A stretch of 64,000 nucleotides of DNA, taken from contig NC_043019.1 in assembly GCF_006345805.1 (NCBI RefSeq), forward strand, positions 32,239,360 through 32,303,359, read 5' to 3'. Made by a program: the position numbers and the translations under genes. The stretch comes from Octopus sinensis. Taxonomy: Eukaryota. A model generated the notes under the pieces. The model did no database searches. It was not told where the DNA came from and saw only the letters and a list, made by a program, of their open reading frames with translations. The stretch's first letter is position 1; every line of letters starts with the position of its first letter. Below, piece by piece: positions 12,647 through 26,142 of this stretch.

Positions 12647-12699
<53 letters not shown>

Positions 12700-12700
12700 T
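11480..12700. repeat. Compound (TA)/(TATG)/(CA)/(GA) microsatellite field with a ~95-bp higher-order repeat
   Basis: tacacctgtgcatg..acaggtgtg..(ta)n(ga)n recurs about 3 times at 11518-11830. Confidence 0.9.
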
Positions 12701-13254
12701 CACGTATGTTATGTGTAATAATATGCTCTTCTCCTCCGTCGCCACCCTCTCTCCCTGGCTTTGTTTGTCCACAGAATTCTATTTGTCTTTGCAAGGGCAA
12801 CCTTTTCCCAGATGTCATCCGAAACTCTACTCTATAATGTTTTATTTATTTGGTTCTTATTACCTATTTACTTTATTTTATTCTATTTTACCTTTTTTCT
12901 TTTTAATGTTCTTTGGGTCAACCATTATACGTGCAGTGCAGGAGTTGTTCTTCAACCCTAGGTTGGCTTTTTTTTTTGATCATCCTTCTGTCCCTGTGAA
13001 CAATGGAAAATATTCCAGCTGCGACTACCACTTCTTTCTTTCTTGCGTTCTTCTTTCCTTCTTCCCTCCGATGCAGTGTATCTACAATCATGCCATCCGG
13101 CATGTCCTTTTGTTATTTACTGGTGTCTGTATAATTTGGATCTTATTTAGCTGATCTTTCTAGCAGGCCGAACATCTACATAGTGGTTCTTTCACATCTT
13201 GGCTTATCAGAATGAAAGTTATCATCATCTAACCTTGGATCTGCCTGCTCAACA

Positions 13255-13453
13255 TGTGACCTCGTGAGCACCGCCAGCAATTTTTTTTCCTCTGTCTTCC
13301 CTTCTCGGGATCTTTCCTTCTCCTTTGTTTCCGATGAAGAGCTCCGCTCGAAACGTTAACCCTCCTTCTCCTTTCTTTCTGAGCGTCCAATAATACTTTA
13401 TTGTTCCACGTCCTCGCGTTGCTGTGTTTTTTTGTATTTTCTTGTTTGGATTA

Positions 13454-13457
<4 letters not shown>
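13255..13457 (+). mobile_element. Penelope-like terminal repeat fragment (family 1), ending at (TA)n
   Basis: Shares the ribozyme motif and the downstream ccctccttct...ttgttccacgtcctcg...gtttggattaact with 26478-26647. Confidence 0.6.
13327..13360 (+). ncRNA. Minimal type-I hammerhead ribozyme motif (family 1, copy 1), Penelope-like
   Basis: gttt-CCGATGA-A-GAGC tcc GCTC-GAAA-CGTT-aac. Core U4 is changed to C. Stem III is the palindrome AACGTT. Confidence 0.7.
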
Positions 13458-13492
<35 letters not shown>

Positions 13493-13729
13493 TTAGTTCG
13501 ATTTGAAAAACCACTATTTACTCTTATGTATTTGAAAACCCAAACTTAGTTCGATTTGAAAACCCCACTAGAATGGAGAAAGCGGTATATATATGAATAT
13601 GTTATATGATGTATTAAAACATGTAATATACAAATAAATATCTGTAAATATAAAACCGTCCGAATTCTGAGTACCTCATTTCTTCTAATATTAAAATACC
13701 TGTATATCATCTCCAAACCTCTAAATATA

Positions 13730-13766
<37 letters not shown>

Positions 13767-14594
13767 TGCAGGCGTGGCTGTGTGGTAAGAAGCTTGCTTT
13801 CCAACCACATGGTCCTGGATTCAGTTCCACTGCGTAGCACCTTTTATATATTTTATATTCAAATTGGCCAGATCCAGCCTCTTACACCTTTCTTACAATG
13901 CTATTCTAAAAATAGGTCACATGATTGAAATCTCGAAGCTAGGAGATAATATAGGTTTAATTCAAAATAATCCATTCTAATGTAGGTACAAGGCCTGAAA
14001 TTAAGAGGGAGGGGACCAGTCGATTTCACTGACCCCTGTGTTTCACTGGTACTTAATTCATCGGCCCCCCAAAAGGATGAAAGGCAAAAGTCTACCTTAG
14101 CAGAATTTGAACTCAGAACGTAGCGACAGGTAAAATACTGCTAAGCATGCTAACGATTCTGCCATCTTGCTGCCTTAGTAATGATAATACTTTCTATTCT
14201 CGGCACAAGGCCTGAAATTTTGTGGGAGCGAGCCAGTCGACTGGTACTTAATTTATTCATCTCGAAAGGATGAAAGTCGACCTCTGCGGAATTTGACCTC
14301 AGGATGTAGTGTTGGGCAAAATACCTCTAAGCATTTTGTCCAGCATGCTAATTAATGATTCTGCCAGGTCACTGCCTTAAAACTAATTCAAAATAATATG
14401 AATAAATAAGCATTGCATTTGGCAGAGTAGTCTGAATGCTAATGGTTTTACCGAACATTTGAATTGACCATATCCAGCCCAAATATTCTGCCTCTTCTTT
14501 GTTCAAGTAAAAGACAAAAGATTTATCTGATCAGGGTGAAGTTCTGTGTTCAAGTTGACCATGACCAGCCTCTCATTCTTACCCTACGTCAAGT

Positions 14595-14933
14595 GGAGGC
14601 ACAATGGCCCAGTTGTTAGGGCAGCGGACTCACGGTCGGAGGATCGCGATTTCAATTCCCAGACCGGGCGTTGTGTGTGTTTATTGAGCGAAAACACTAA
14701 AAGCTACGCGAGGCTCTGGCAGGGGGTGGTGGCAACCCCTGTTGTACTCTTTCGCTCCAACTTTCTCGCACTCTTTCTTCCTATTTCTTGTCCCCAACTT
14801 CCTACGCAACTGCTGAGCCTGGATGCACACTCATCCATCCGTCGATGCTCTCGGTGTCGGGGGTTGACCTGCTTTCTCTTCTGCGGGTCTTACGAATAGC
14901 AAAGGACCATGTTTCGGACTTCGCCCACTCTGG
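14595..14933 (+). mobile_element. SINE family C, tail variant 2
   Basis: Family C head. The tail tgtcccc..ctgagcctggatgc..gaatagcaaaggacca is shared with 53040-53285. Confidence 0.85.
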
Positions 14934-15245
14934 GATGAAGACTGCTTCACTCAACAAACAAACACACAATACCCTATGTCACTCTAATAACAACCAATTA
15001 CATCATTAAAATCTCGAAGCCATGAGATAATCCATGATGAATTCAGAGCTATTTGAATATGTAAGCATTGCAATTTGACTGAGTGGTCTGAAATGCTAAA
15101 GGGTTAAGGGTCATCGGCGAACCTCCCACCTTTCATGAACTCATATGCGAACCCCTAGACTGATTAAACAAGGAAGAAACGCGTACCTTATTCTTATTTA
15201 TTTATGTTTATTTATATATTTATTTTTATTTTCTTCAATTTCCAG

Positions 15246-15520
15246 GTGTCTTGATCTACAATCATTAGCAGCAAGTCCAGGTGGTGATCAGCTGGACGGA
15301 ACAAACAGTTCTTCTCCAGTTACCACCAACCAACCAGCACCACCACCACCATCCACAGCAACAGCGGCGGCAGCAGCAGCAACAGCAGCTGTTCCTCAAC
15401 CAATCGTACACACCTGCTCTGTGAACACGTTGGATAATTCTAGCATCACAGTGTCGAGTACCTTGCACCAAACCACTAACTCTGCTTCGACACAGCTTAC
15501 ACCAAATGGTACCACAGATG
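15246..15520 (+). CDS. eya: eyes absent (Eya) N-terminal exon, phase 2 to phase 1: (R)CLDLQSLAASPGGDQLDG...STQLTPNGTTD
   Basis: Acceptor ttcttcaatttccag|G and donor ATG|gtgagt. The frame is open and P/S/T-rich. DLQSLAASP and LTPNGT recall human EYA1 MEMQDLTSP and MTPNGTE|VKTEP (from memory). Splices in frame to the downstream exons. Confidence 0.85.
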
Positions 15521-15829
15521 GTGAGTTCTAATTAGTTCACTTCTGTTAGAGCAAGATCGAGGGCCCACCTGGTTTTTTTTTTTTTTTTTTTTTTTTTTGA
15601 GATATTTCTGTTTTCAGATTTTGTTCAAACCTGTTGTCCTGGTTTCTCAAGTATTTTACTGTGCTTTGCAGGTATTGTGGTTTTAAGAAGTTTGCTTCCT
15701 AACCACGTGGTTTGGGGTTCAGTTCCACTGCGCATCCATGTGCTTGGAAAGTTTGTTCTTAACACACAGCCACAAAACATGGAAATTTGGTAGGAAGCTT
15801 TATATAAATATCTGTTTCTTTATTGCCCA

Positions 15830-16042
15830 CAAGGGGCTAAATATAGAGGGGATAAACAAGGACAGACAAACGGATTAAGTCGATTACATCGACCCCAGTG
15901 CGTAACTGGTACTTAATTTATCGACCCCGAAAGGATGAAAGGCAAAGTCGACCTCGGCGGAATTTGAACTCAGAACGCAACGACAGACGCAATACTGCTA
16001 AGCATTTCGCCCTGTGTGCTAACGTTTCTGCCAGCTCGCCGC
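15830..16042 (-). mobile_element. SINE family B
   Basis: Reverse complement of ggcgagctggcagaaacgttagcac..gagttcaaattccgccgaggtcgactttgcctttcatcctttcggggtcgataaattaagtacc. Confidence 0.9.
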
Positions 16043-16993
16043 CTTTATATAAATATCGCCAGTTGACTGTAAAAGGTGACCTGCAACATAATTGGTTCGT
16101 TTGGAGACGGCTAAACCAATGAAAAGAAAGAGAGTTACATTTTTAGGCCAATATATCAAGTTTTTAGTAACTGTAGCTTTGTTATCAGATCTGAAGTATC
16201 GGCTTAGCAGTGCTATAAGGGTTAATGTGGAATGAGATTGATGTAGAAGGTTAAGATAAGAGACTGTGTGATCAGAGATTTGAGTTGTTGCTGTTCTTGT
16301 TCTTGTTCTTTATCTTCAGGTCATCCTTAATCCAGCTGAAATGCTTTCGATTCAGGTTTTCGGGTAGGGTGTCAGTTGAGGGAGATTTATCTGCTGTCTC
16401 TTGCAGGTTGAGTGGGGGTCTGTTTCCTGATTTCCTTTGTTGTCTCTGCAACAAGAGGCTTGTGGCTGTTGTTGTTGTTTAGCCCCTGGTTAATCCTCTG
16501 TGTGTGGTTGTGTGTGTGTTATATGTCTTGACATCCGGTATTGGTTTGTTTGCATTCCTGTAACTTAGGGGTATAGTTAGTATCAGGTTTTAAAAAAATA
16601 TAAATACCTATTTCTTTACAGTCCACAAGGGGCTAAACACAGAGAGGACAAACAAGGACAGACAAACGGATTAAGTCGGTTATATCGACCCCAGTGCGTA
16701 ACTGGTACTTAATTTATTGACCCCGAAAGGATGAAAGGATGAAAAGGCAAAGTCGACCTCGGCGGAATTTGAACTCAGAACGTAGCAGCAGACGAAATAC
16801 CGGTAACCAGGGTCAATTTCTTTGACTGAAACAAACCCTTCAAAGCAGTGCCCTAGTATGACTGCTGTCCAATGACTGAAACAAGATAATGATATATGTG
16901 TATGTGTGTGCATGTATGTGTATATATATGTGTGTGTGTGTGTGTGTGCATGTATGTGTATATTATGTTTGTGTGTGTGCGTGTATGTGTGTA

Positions 16994-17027
<34 letters not shown>

Positions 17028-17499
17028 GTGAAGGTGTATATATATATGTAGGTATATTCAATTACCACTTGACTGTTTATTTTTCATCTGATCTGTTCAC
17101 TGTGTGTGTTGGAGGTTGTGGGGGCTGCTGTGTGTGTGTGTGTGTAATCTATATAAATGTCTGCAATAATTCTTAGCTAAAGTATTTACTGTCTCAAGTA
17201 ATTCATGTCTACCATTTATCTTTCCAAATCACCACACACACACACACACACATGCATGTATATATGCATACATACCGTTATATGTATGCATGCATACATG
17301 TATATATAAGCACGTGCATACACATACATACTAAACAGTTGAATGATATATATATATATATATATATATACACAAGAGCACTATACAGACATACATACAT
17401 TTATACGTACACAAAGAAGGAAAAGATATGTTCTGTCGTGGAAATCTGCTGTCCTCTGGACATGAATGTGGTTAGGAAAATACAAGAGGACATCTCATG

Positions 17500-17790
17500 C
17501 AATCACGTGACCGACCAGGCTATCAGATGTTGCTACACATCACTGGTCACAATGCGCTTCGCATTGTTTTAGCCTTCAAATGACGCCACCCTGCTGGCTG
17601 AGCGAGTGAGAGAAAGTTGTGGCGAAAGAGTACAGCAGGGATTACCACCACCCCCTGCCAGAGCTTTGTGGAGCTTTAGGTGTTTTCGCTCAATAAACAC
17701 TCACAACGCCCGGTCTGGGAATCAAAACCGTGATCCTCCGACCACGAGTCCGCTGCCCTAACCACTGGGCCATTGCACCTCCACAGAGGA
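17500..17790 (-). mobile_element. SINE family C, tail variant 3
   Basis: Family C head on the minus strand. The tail is shared with 21168-21440. Confidence 0.85.
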
Positions 17791-18137
17791 CATCTATGAA
17801 CCATTAATAAGGAGTTTGCAAATCCAGTACCCAAGACACACTTTCAGATTCATACCCTTTATTATTGAAGCAACAGGATACATACCGACCAATCTGGAGC
17901 AAAATGTGGCTGAACTTGGGTTCTTGAGAAGAGAATGTTAACCCTTAATTCATATGCTACAAGTAATCACAATATCTGGGACTACAAAAATCTGCAAGAC
18001 TTTAAGATGTATAAGTTGGTCGGATAAGAACGGATACTTTCCTCTTCCTCCACAACTTTGCTACCAAGTACATGACCCAGTCAAAATTTATTCTAACTTA
18101 TAAAGAGAAATAGAACATACATAATCAGTACGTTTGT

Positions 18138-18450
18138 GGAGGCACATGGCCTAGTGGTTAGAGCAGCAGACTCGCAGTCGAGGGATCGTGGGCTCGAATC
18201 TCAGACCAGATGATGTGTGTGTGTTTATGAGCGAAGAACCTAAGCGAAGCACCACGCGGCTCCGGCAGAAGGTAATGGTGAAACTTCTGCTGACTCTTTC
18301 GCCACAACTTTCTCTCACTCTTTCCTCCTGCATTTTGCAGCTCACCTGTGATGGACCGGCGTCCCATCCAGGTGGGGAACCTATACGCCAAGAAATTGGG
18401 AAACCAGCCCTTATGAGCCAGGCATGGCTCGAGAAGGAACAAACAAACAA
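18138..18450 (+). mobile_element. SINE family C-related copy with (CAAA)n end
   Basis: tRNA-like head ggcacatggcctagtggttagagcagcagactcgc. The central part is shared with family C. Confidence 0.8.
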
Positions 18451-18681
18451 CAAACAATCAGTACGTTTCATTTTTACAGCCAGTTTTTCTACGCTGGCAT
18501 GGGTTGGACACATGGCTGGATTAAGACCCATAGAGACCCGAAGCACTTAAAAGATTTTGGTGCTTTCATATATATGTAATTCAAAATAATAGCAATATAT
18601 AAAAAATATAACCGTAGAATAAATTTACATTTTCCAAAACAAAAATAAAACTAAGAGTAAGATGGAAAATAATGTCTATTT

Positions 18682-18888
18682 TTACTCTTTTACTTCTTTC
18701 AGTCATTTGACTGTGGCCATACTGGAGCACCACCTTTAGTCGAGCAAATCGACCCCAGGACTTATTCTTTGTAAGCCTAGTACTTATTCTAGTGGTGTCT
18801 TTTTGCCGAACCACTAAGTTACTGAGACATAAACACACCAGCATCGGTTGTCAAGCAATGTTGGGGGGACAAACACAGACACACAAAC

Positions 18889-18920
<32 letters not shown>

Positions 18921-19075
18921 GACGGGCTTCGTTTTAAGTTTTCGTCTACCAAATCCACTCACATGGCTTTGGTCGGCCCAAGGCTATAGCAGAAAATACT
19001 TGCCCAAAGTGCCACGCAGTGGGACTGAACCAGGAACCATGCGGTTCATAAGCAAGCTACTTACCACACAGCCGG
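18682..19075 (-). mobile_element. SINE family A
   Basis: Reverse complement of family A. Confidence 0.9.
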
Positions 19076-19181
19076 GCTGTATAGTAAAAAGGTGCTCACC
19101 CAAGATGCCATGCTGTAAGATTGAACCCAATCCCACCAAGTTGCGAAGCAGACTTCTTAACCTCACAGCTATGTTTCTGCA

Positions 19182-19238
<57 letters not shown>

Positions 19239-19371
19239 ATTGAGGTGATGGTGCACAAGAACCATTTACATTGGACTGGATACAATAATGCTTATGATGT
19301 TATATGATGCTTGAAAGAAAGATGAGGTGGTCATGATTGGAACATCTACTTTAATGGTAGGTAGGCAAAGG

Positions 19372-20270
19372 TTGCGAGCTGGCAGAAACGTTAGCACGCT
19401 GGGTGAAATGCTGAGCGGTATTCCGTCTGCCATTACGTTCTGGGTTCAAATTCCGCCGAGGTCGACTTTGCCTTTCATCCTTTCGGAGTCGATAAATTAA
19501 GTACCAGTTACGCACTGGGGTCGATGTAAACGCATGTGTACGTACACAAGCCAAGGAGACGAAGTAACAATGAGATGGTTCCGGGTTCAGTCCCACAGCG
19601 TGACACCTTCGATGTCCTTTGCTACAGCCTCCGGCTTTACTAAAAGCCTGGTGAGTGGATTTGGTGGACAGAGGCGAGCTGGCAGAAACGTTAGCACGCC
19701 GGGCGAAATGCGTAGCGGTATTTCGTCTGCCGTTACGTTCTGAGTTCAAATTCCGCCGAGGTCGACTTTGCCTTTCATCCTTTCAGGGTCGATTAAATAA
19801 GTACCAGTTACGCACTGGGGTCGATGTAATCGACTTAATCCCTTTGTCTGTCCTTGTTTGTCCTCTCTGTGTTTAGCCCCTTGTGGGCAATAAAGAAATA
19901 AGAAAAGTTAGCATGCCGGGCGAAATGCTTAGCGGTATTCCGTCTGCCGTTATGTTCTGGGTTCAAATTCCGCCGAGGTCAACTTTGCCTTTCATCCTTT
20001 CAGGGTCGATGAAATAAGTACCAGTTATGCACTGGGGTTGATGTAATCGACTTAATCAGTAATCCGTTTGTCCTCTCTGTGTTTGGCCCCTTGTGGGTAA
20101 TAAAGAAATAGGTATTTCATCTGCCGCTACGTTCTGAGTTCAAATTCCACCGACTTGACTTTGCCTTTCATCCTTTTGGGGTTGATAAATTAAGTACCAG
20201 TTACGCACTGGGGGTTGTCTGTCCTTGTTTATTATCCTCTCTGTGTTTGGCCCCATGTGGGTAGTACAGA
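19372..20270 (+). mobile_element. Cluster of about 4 head-to-tail SINE family B copies
   Basis: Repeated gagctggcagaaacgttagcac...gtaccagttacgcactggggtcgatgtaa units. Confidence 0.9.
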
Positions 20271-21325
20271 AATATGTAGGTAGGTAGGTAGTTCTGCTGG
20301 ATTAGAGCTAAACACCAACAAGTAGTAGTGGCGGCAGCAGCAGCGGTGGTGGTGGTTATACAGACTATAGCTAGGCTCCTAGTGGTAAAGACTCAGTTAA
20401 CTATGACAGTTGTGTGTGCGTGTGTCTCCTGCCTTGTTTAGTTCCCTACCACCTCTTACTTCCCTTCAGCTCTCTCTACTTGCCCTCCTATCATGTCACT
20501 CTCTACCACCATTTCTTCCTTTCCATCTACCTATTTATCTATCTTCCTTTCTCTCTATCCCTGCTTCTTTTCTCTTTCTCTCTCTCCCAAAGATCTCTTA
20601 TCTGCTGGTTTGATAAGGCAAGAACATAAGTCATTTCTGTGTATTCCACTGTATTTTATGAGGTACTCTTGCCTCTTTGTTGTTGTTGTTGTTGTTTTTG
20701 GGGGTGGAAGGTGTCTTTGACTGGCTGGTTGCCTTGCTGGGTTGCAGGTGGAGGGCCATGATTCTGGTTGGTTACTTTGACTTGCTGGCTGGTTGGCCCA
20801 TTAATTTCTGCTGTTCTCTCTCTCTCTCTCTTTATTAAAGGGTAAAGTGGGTGATAGAATGTTCATTGTTTGACATTTTTATATATATATTTTGTGTTGT
20901 ATCACCTCCCCCTATATCCATTCTAGCACCCCCCACCACCACCACCACCAACTGTTTGACTTTTTTATATTGGTTGCTATTTTTATTATCTACTTTTTTT
21001 TTGGCATGTGTAGTAAACATGTTTATTGTTGTTGTGGTTGGTATCTTATAGTTTTTTTTTTCTAAGGAAAGGCAGTGCCATGTAAGTTGCTTAATATCAT
21101 TGTTGCACTTGTGTGTGTGTGTGTGTGGTGTGTGTGTGTGTGCATATTTGATATATATATATCATCGTGATCACTGTGACCGACCAGGCTATCAAATGTT
21201 GCTACACATCGATGGTCACAATGCACTTCGCATTGTTTTAGCCTTCAAATGATGCCACCCCACTGGTTAAGCGAGCAGGCCAACAGAAGAAAGAGTGAGA
21301 GAAAGTTGTGGCGAAAGAGTACAGC

Positions 21326-21595
21326 AGGGATCGCCACCCTTCCCTGCCGGAGCCTTGTGGATCTTCAGGTGTTTTCACCCAATAAACACTCACAATGCCC
21401 AGTATGGGAATTGAAACCGTGATCCTACAACCACGAGTCCGTTGTAGGATCACTACGTTAAGGGATCGCCACCCTTCCCTGCCGGAGCCTTGTGGATCTT
21501 CAGGTGTTTTCACTCAATAAACACTCACAATGCCCAGCATGGGAATTGAAACCGTGATCCTACAACCGCGAGTCCATTGTAGGATCACTACGTTA
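21326..21595. repeat. 135-bp tandem duplication of a SINE C head, each unit ending in a fold-back
   Basis: Units are 21326-21460 and 21461-21595. In unit 1, gtgatcctacaac (21419-31) pairs with gttgtaggatcac (21441-53). Confidence 0.9.
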
Positions 21596-22149
21596 AGGGT
21601 ACATTTGTCTGTGAGGAGCTCAGCCCCTTGCATGTTAATGTTTCATGAGCTGGCTATTCTGTTGATCAGATCTAGTGGAACCCTCACTCGTCATAACCGA
21701 CGGAGTGCCACACACATTATCCATAACAGCACGGATTTTTGTCAGTGAACAGGTCGCGGATTTTAGCGATGAAAATATTTTGATAAATTAAACTTAAATG
21801 TTGAAGTGAATCGAACGGCTTTTGTGTGTTTCTTAAATGGCTTACAAACACCTGCCACGCTGCAATTGTTTTCATTTCAGCACACGATCTCAGATCAAAT
21901 CAATTGCTATGCGAGTACATCTCCATTATCGTGTCATTTTCATCAATTTTAACAACCACTTCTCCATGCTGCAATATTTATATATATATCGTTAAGGACA
22001 CAGTATTTTGTTTTGCAGCCATAATTTGCACTACCAAGTATATTACAGGTACATTAAAACCAATATTGTTTAACTTGTGTGAGTTGTGATGCATGAAGCT
22101 GGTTTAGCTCCCGTGTTGCTTGGCACTATTTGTTCCATTTGCTTCCACC

Positions 22150-22642
22150 CCCTCAAAATTATGATTTTATCCAACAAATTCCCCTCTCAGATTCACACAC
22201 TTATTGCAGCAGTTCTTTGATTCTCTTTTACTTGTTCCGGTCATTTGACTGTGGCCATGCTGGAGCACTGCCTTTAGTCAAACAAATCAACCCCAGGACT
22301 TATTCTTTGGAAGCCTAGTACTTATTTTATCGGTCTCTTTTGCTAAATTACGGGGATGTAAATACACCAGCATCAGTTGTCGAGCGATGTTGCAGGGACA
22401 AACACAGACACACAAACATATACACACACACATGCATATATATATATATATATATATATGTGCCACGCAGTGGGACTGAACCCGGAACCATGTGGTTGGT
22501 AAGCAAGCTACTTACCACGCAGCCGCTCCTGCGCCTTTCTTCAGTTTTTCTAAGCCTTGTAAAAATAACTCGGAAGGTTGGGCTTTCAACCAGGCCTTTC
22601 ATAAATACCCTTAAAGCCAGAAACTTTTAAACATCTCTCATA
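22150..22642 (-). mobile_element. Mariner MITE interrupted by a SINE A insertion (about 22225-22536)
   Basis: The flanks match the reverse complement of 6478-6710 on either side of an internally deleted SINE A. Confidence 0.65.
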
Positions 22643-23353
22643 TAAATATATATATATATATTCTTGTATATGTGTCAGTCATTTGACTGTAGCCATGCTG
22701 GGGTTTTAGTCGAAGAAATCAACTCCATTACTTATTTTTTGCTGAACTGCGAAGTTGTCAAGTGATGGTGGGAAGACAAACACGCGCACAGTGACCACAT
22801 ACACATAGATATGTATATATACATGACGGGCTTCTTTCAGTTTCCATCTACCAAATCCACTCGCAAGACTTTGGTCAGCCTGAGGCTATAGTAGAAGACA
22901 CTTGCCTGAGGTGCTAAGCACTGAGTCTAAACCCAGAGCCAATGTGCTTGGGAAACAAGCTTCTTACATGCACACACACACACACACAAAGCCAGGATGG
23001 TCATGGCTGGAACAACCGCCATTATAAACCAACCTGTTACCATATAAGCCACAACAACCTTGCACACCTGCTCTTCCTTTCCACCACCGCAAGTATTGGG
23101 GTTTTTTTTTTTTGCACTTTAACCCCCCCACACACCACACCACAATAAAATCTTTCACCCCCCCTCCCTGTTCCTAACCACCATCTCCAACTACTCCAGT
23201 TAATGACTTGTATCCCCTCTTCACCACCCAACTCAACACTGCTATTTTTTCCCCCTTTTTACACTTTCCTCCTACTACCATAGATCTTGCCCTCTTCCCT
23301 GACTGCCAGCCACCTCAAGAGATCCTTAATTATGCTGCAATTGTGTTTCTCTG

Positions 23354-23396
<43 letters not shown>

Positions 23397-23869
23397 ATTT
23401 ATTTATTTATTATTTATTTACAAATTATTTTTCTGCTATATTTACCACAGGAAACAGGTAAATATAAGCAGAGGATGGTCGAAAGGGATTTGGATTGGTT
23501 GTGATGGTGGTAGTGGTGGTGGTGGTGGTGGTGGTGGTGGTGGTGGTGGTGGTGGCATTGGCGGTTGTTGTTGTTGCCCTTGATGCTGTACCAGGCACTG
23601 GCCCTCATGGCTTTGCTGGCAGAACCATTAGCACACCGAGCGAAATGCGTAGCTGCATTTCATCTACCGTTACGTTCTGGGTTCAAATTCTGCTGAGGTC
23701 GACTTTGCCTATCATCCTTTCGGGGTCGATAAATTAAGTACCAGTTACACACTGGGGTCGATAGAATCGACTCAATCCGTTTGTCTCTCCTTGTTTGTCC
23801 CCTCTGTGTTTAGCCCCTTGTGGGTAATAAAGAAACAGATCTTAACTGATTGGAAGTGTTATCATGTAC

Positions 23870-24315
23870 ATGTTTTGTCCTGCTGTAAAAAGATGGGCTG
23901 CAGCAAATATTGTCAGTTCCACAGACTTGCTTGTCAGTTGCTTGACTTCAACCAGTTGAGCATGTCCTTTAGTGGATGACGATATGTGGGGGAGCATCAT
24001 AGCCATGTATTGGAGAGGAATTCTTTCGAGTTTTAATTCTCCTCTGCAAACATGGGTGTTTTGTTTTTCATTCTTAAACAACCCTCTTTCAGGGATCTTT
24101 TGAGCGGGATGAGCTACTCAACCTGGGGAAAGTTCTAACTGGGCCTTGCCTGCAAGGTGATTCACCGTTTATCTTGATATAAGGTTACCATGTTGTGCAC
24201 ATATGGTTGTGATGCATGTGCCTGGTGTACCCTTATCAGACAGGTAGTCATGATGGGTATACTGGGCTTCATATATTTGTTCCCCAGTGTCACTTTGATG
24301 ACATGCATTGCTCTC
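23870..24315 (-). mobile_element. Interspersed repeat family E, unclassified
   Basis: Reverse complement of 58996-59330 and 61395-61948 (gagagcagtgcatgccatcaaagtgacactgggg...). Confidence 0.75.
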
Positions 24316-24354
24316 TCACTCAATAATAATAATGATATTAATATTGGTCTCAAA

Positions 24355-25275
24355 TTTGACACAAAGCCAGCAATTTCAAGGGTGGGGAAGTCGATTACAT
24401 TGACTTCAGTACCGGATTGCAACCCCCAAAAGGATGAAAGACAAAGTCGACCTCGACAGAATTTGAACTCAGAACGTAATGACAGATGAAATGTCACTAA
24501 GCATTTTGCCCAGCATGCTAACAATTCTACCAGTTCACCAATACCAGTAATAATGATAATTATTATTATTATTATTATTATTATCTGACTGTCTTCTGTG
24601 CCGGTGGCACGTAAAAAGCACCAACCAATTGTGGCCGTTGCCAGCCTCGTCTGGCACGTAAAAAGCACCCACTACACTCACGGAGTGGTTGGCATTAGGA
24701 AGGGCATCCAGCTGTAGAAACACTGCCAGATCAGACTGGAGCCTGGTGCAGCCTTCTGGCTTCCCAGACTCTGGTCGAACCGTCCAACCCATGCTATCAT
24801 GGAAATGGACGTTAAACGATGATGATGATTTCTACTCTAGGCACAAGGCCTTAAAAATTTTGGAGGAAGGGGGCTAATTGATTACATCAACCCCAGTGCC
24901 TAACTGGTACTTATTTCATCGACCCCCAAAAGGGTGAAAGGCAAAGCCAACCTCAGCGGAAATTGAACTCTGAACGTAGTAGCAGACAAAATACCGCTAA
25001 GCCTGGTGTGCTAACAATTCTGCCACCTCGCCACCTCATATAATAATAATAATAATAATAATAATCCTTTCTACTGTAGGCACAAGGTCTGAAATTTGGG
25101 GGTGGTGTAGTCAATTATATCGACCCCCAGTATTCAACTGGTACTTAATTTATTGACCTCGAAAGGATGAAAGGCAAAGTCAACCTCAGCAGAATTTTAA
25201 CTCAGAACGTAGTAACAGTCGAAATACGGCTAAGCATTTCACCCGTTGTACTAATGATTCTGCCAGCTCACCACT
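24355..25275. mobile_element. Minus-strand SINE B copies around a plus-strand SINE D (24595-24828), joined by (AAT)n
   Basis: Direct recognition of the family B and D blocks. Confidence 0.8.
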
Positions 25276-25507
25276 TTATATAATAATAATAATAATAATA
25301 ATGTTTTCTAATAGAGGCATAAAGGCAGAAATTTTGATGTGGTGGGCAGGGCTATAGTTGATTAATAAAGATAACAAGGTTTTCTTTTAGTTGCCATAGG
25401 AGCATGAATGGGGAAAACATCCGCAAGGACAGTCTGCAATTTGTTGCGGGGGGGGGGGGGGGATGAAAGGGGAGAACCTGTGAAAGGAAATAAAAGTATA
25501 CATGATA

Positions 25508-25549
<42 letters not shown>

Positions 25550-25636
25550 TAATAATAATAATAATAAAAATATAATAATAATAATGATGATTTCTTTGAG
25601 GAATTTTTAATAATATATGGTTGCCTCCCTCCCCCC

Positions 25637-25703
<67 letters not shown>

Positions 25704-26142
25704 AACCACTAATGGCTATTCCAGTCATCATAAGTGGTTCCTGCTTTTCTCCTGCCCATCTTCATTATTATTTCTCCATTCCTGCCTGACTATCTGGGGG
25801 TAGCAGCAGGGAGGTGGGGGGTGGCAGCAGCAGCGATAATGAAGTGGTGGGCAGAGAGGTTTGCAAAAGGGTTGAAGGGATGAGGAAGTGGGGCTCAAGC
25901 ACAAAGGGAGCAGTGTGGTCAGGAAGGAGAAAAGAAAAAAAGTGGAATTATTGCATGCTAATAGAAAGATTACAGCTTCTTCTTCTTCTCCTTCTTCTCC
26001 TCCTCCTCCTCCTCCTGTGTTTCTATTATACTGTCTATCTTTCTATCTATCTAATTGTCTTTCCATCTATCTATATATCTGTTGGTCTTTTTGTCTGTCT
26101 ATCTATCTATCTATCTATCTCTATATATAATTATTATTAAAA

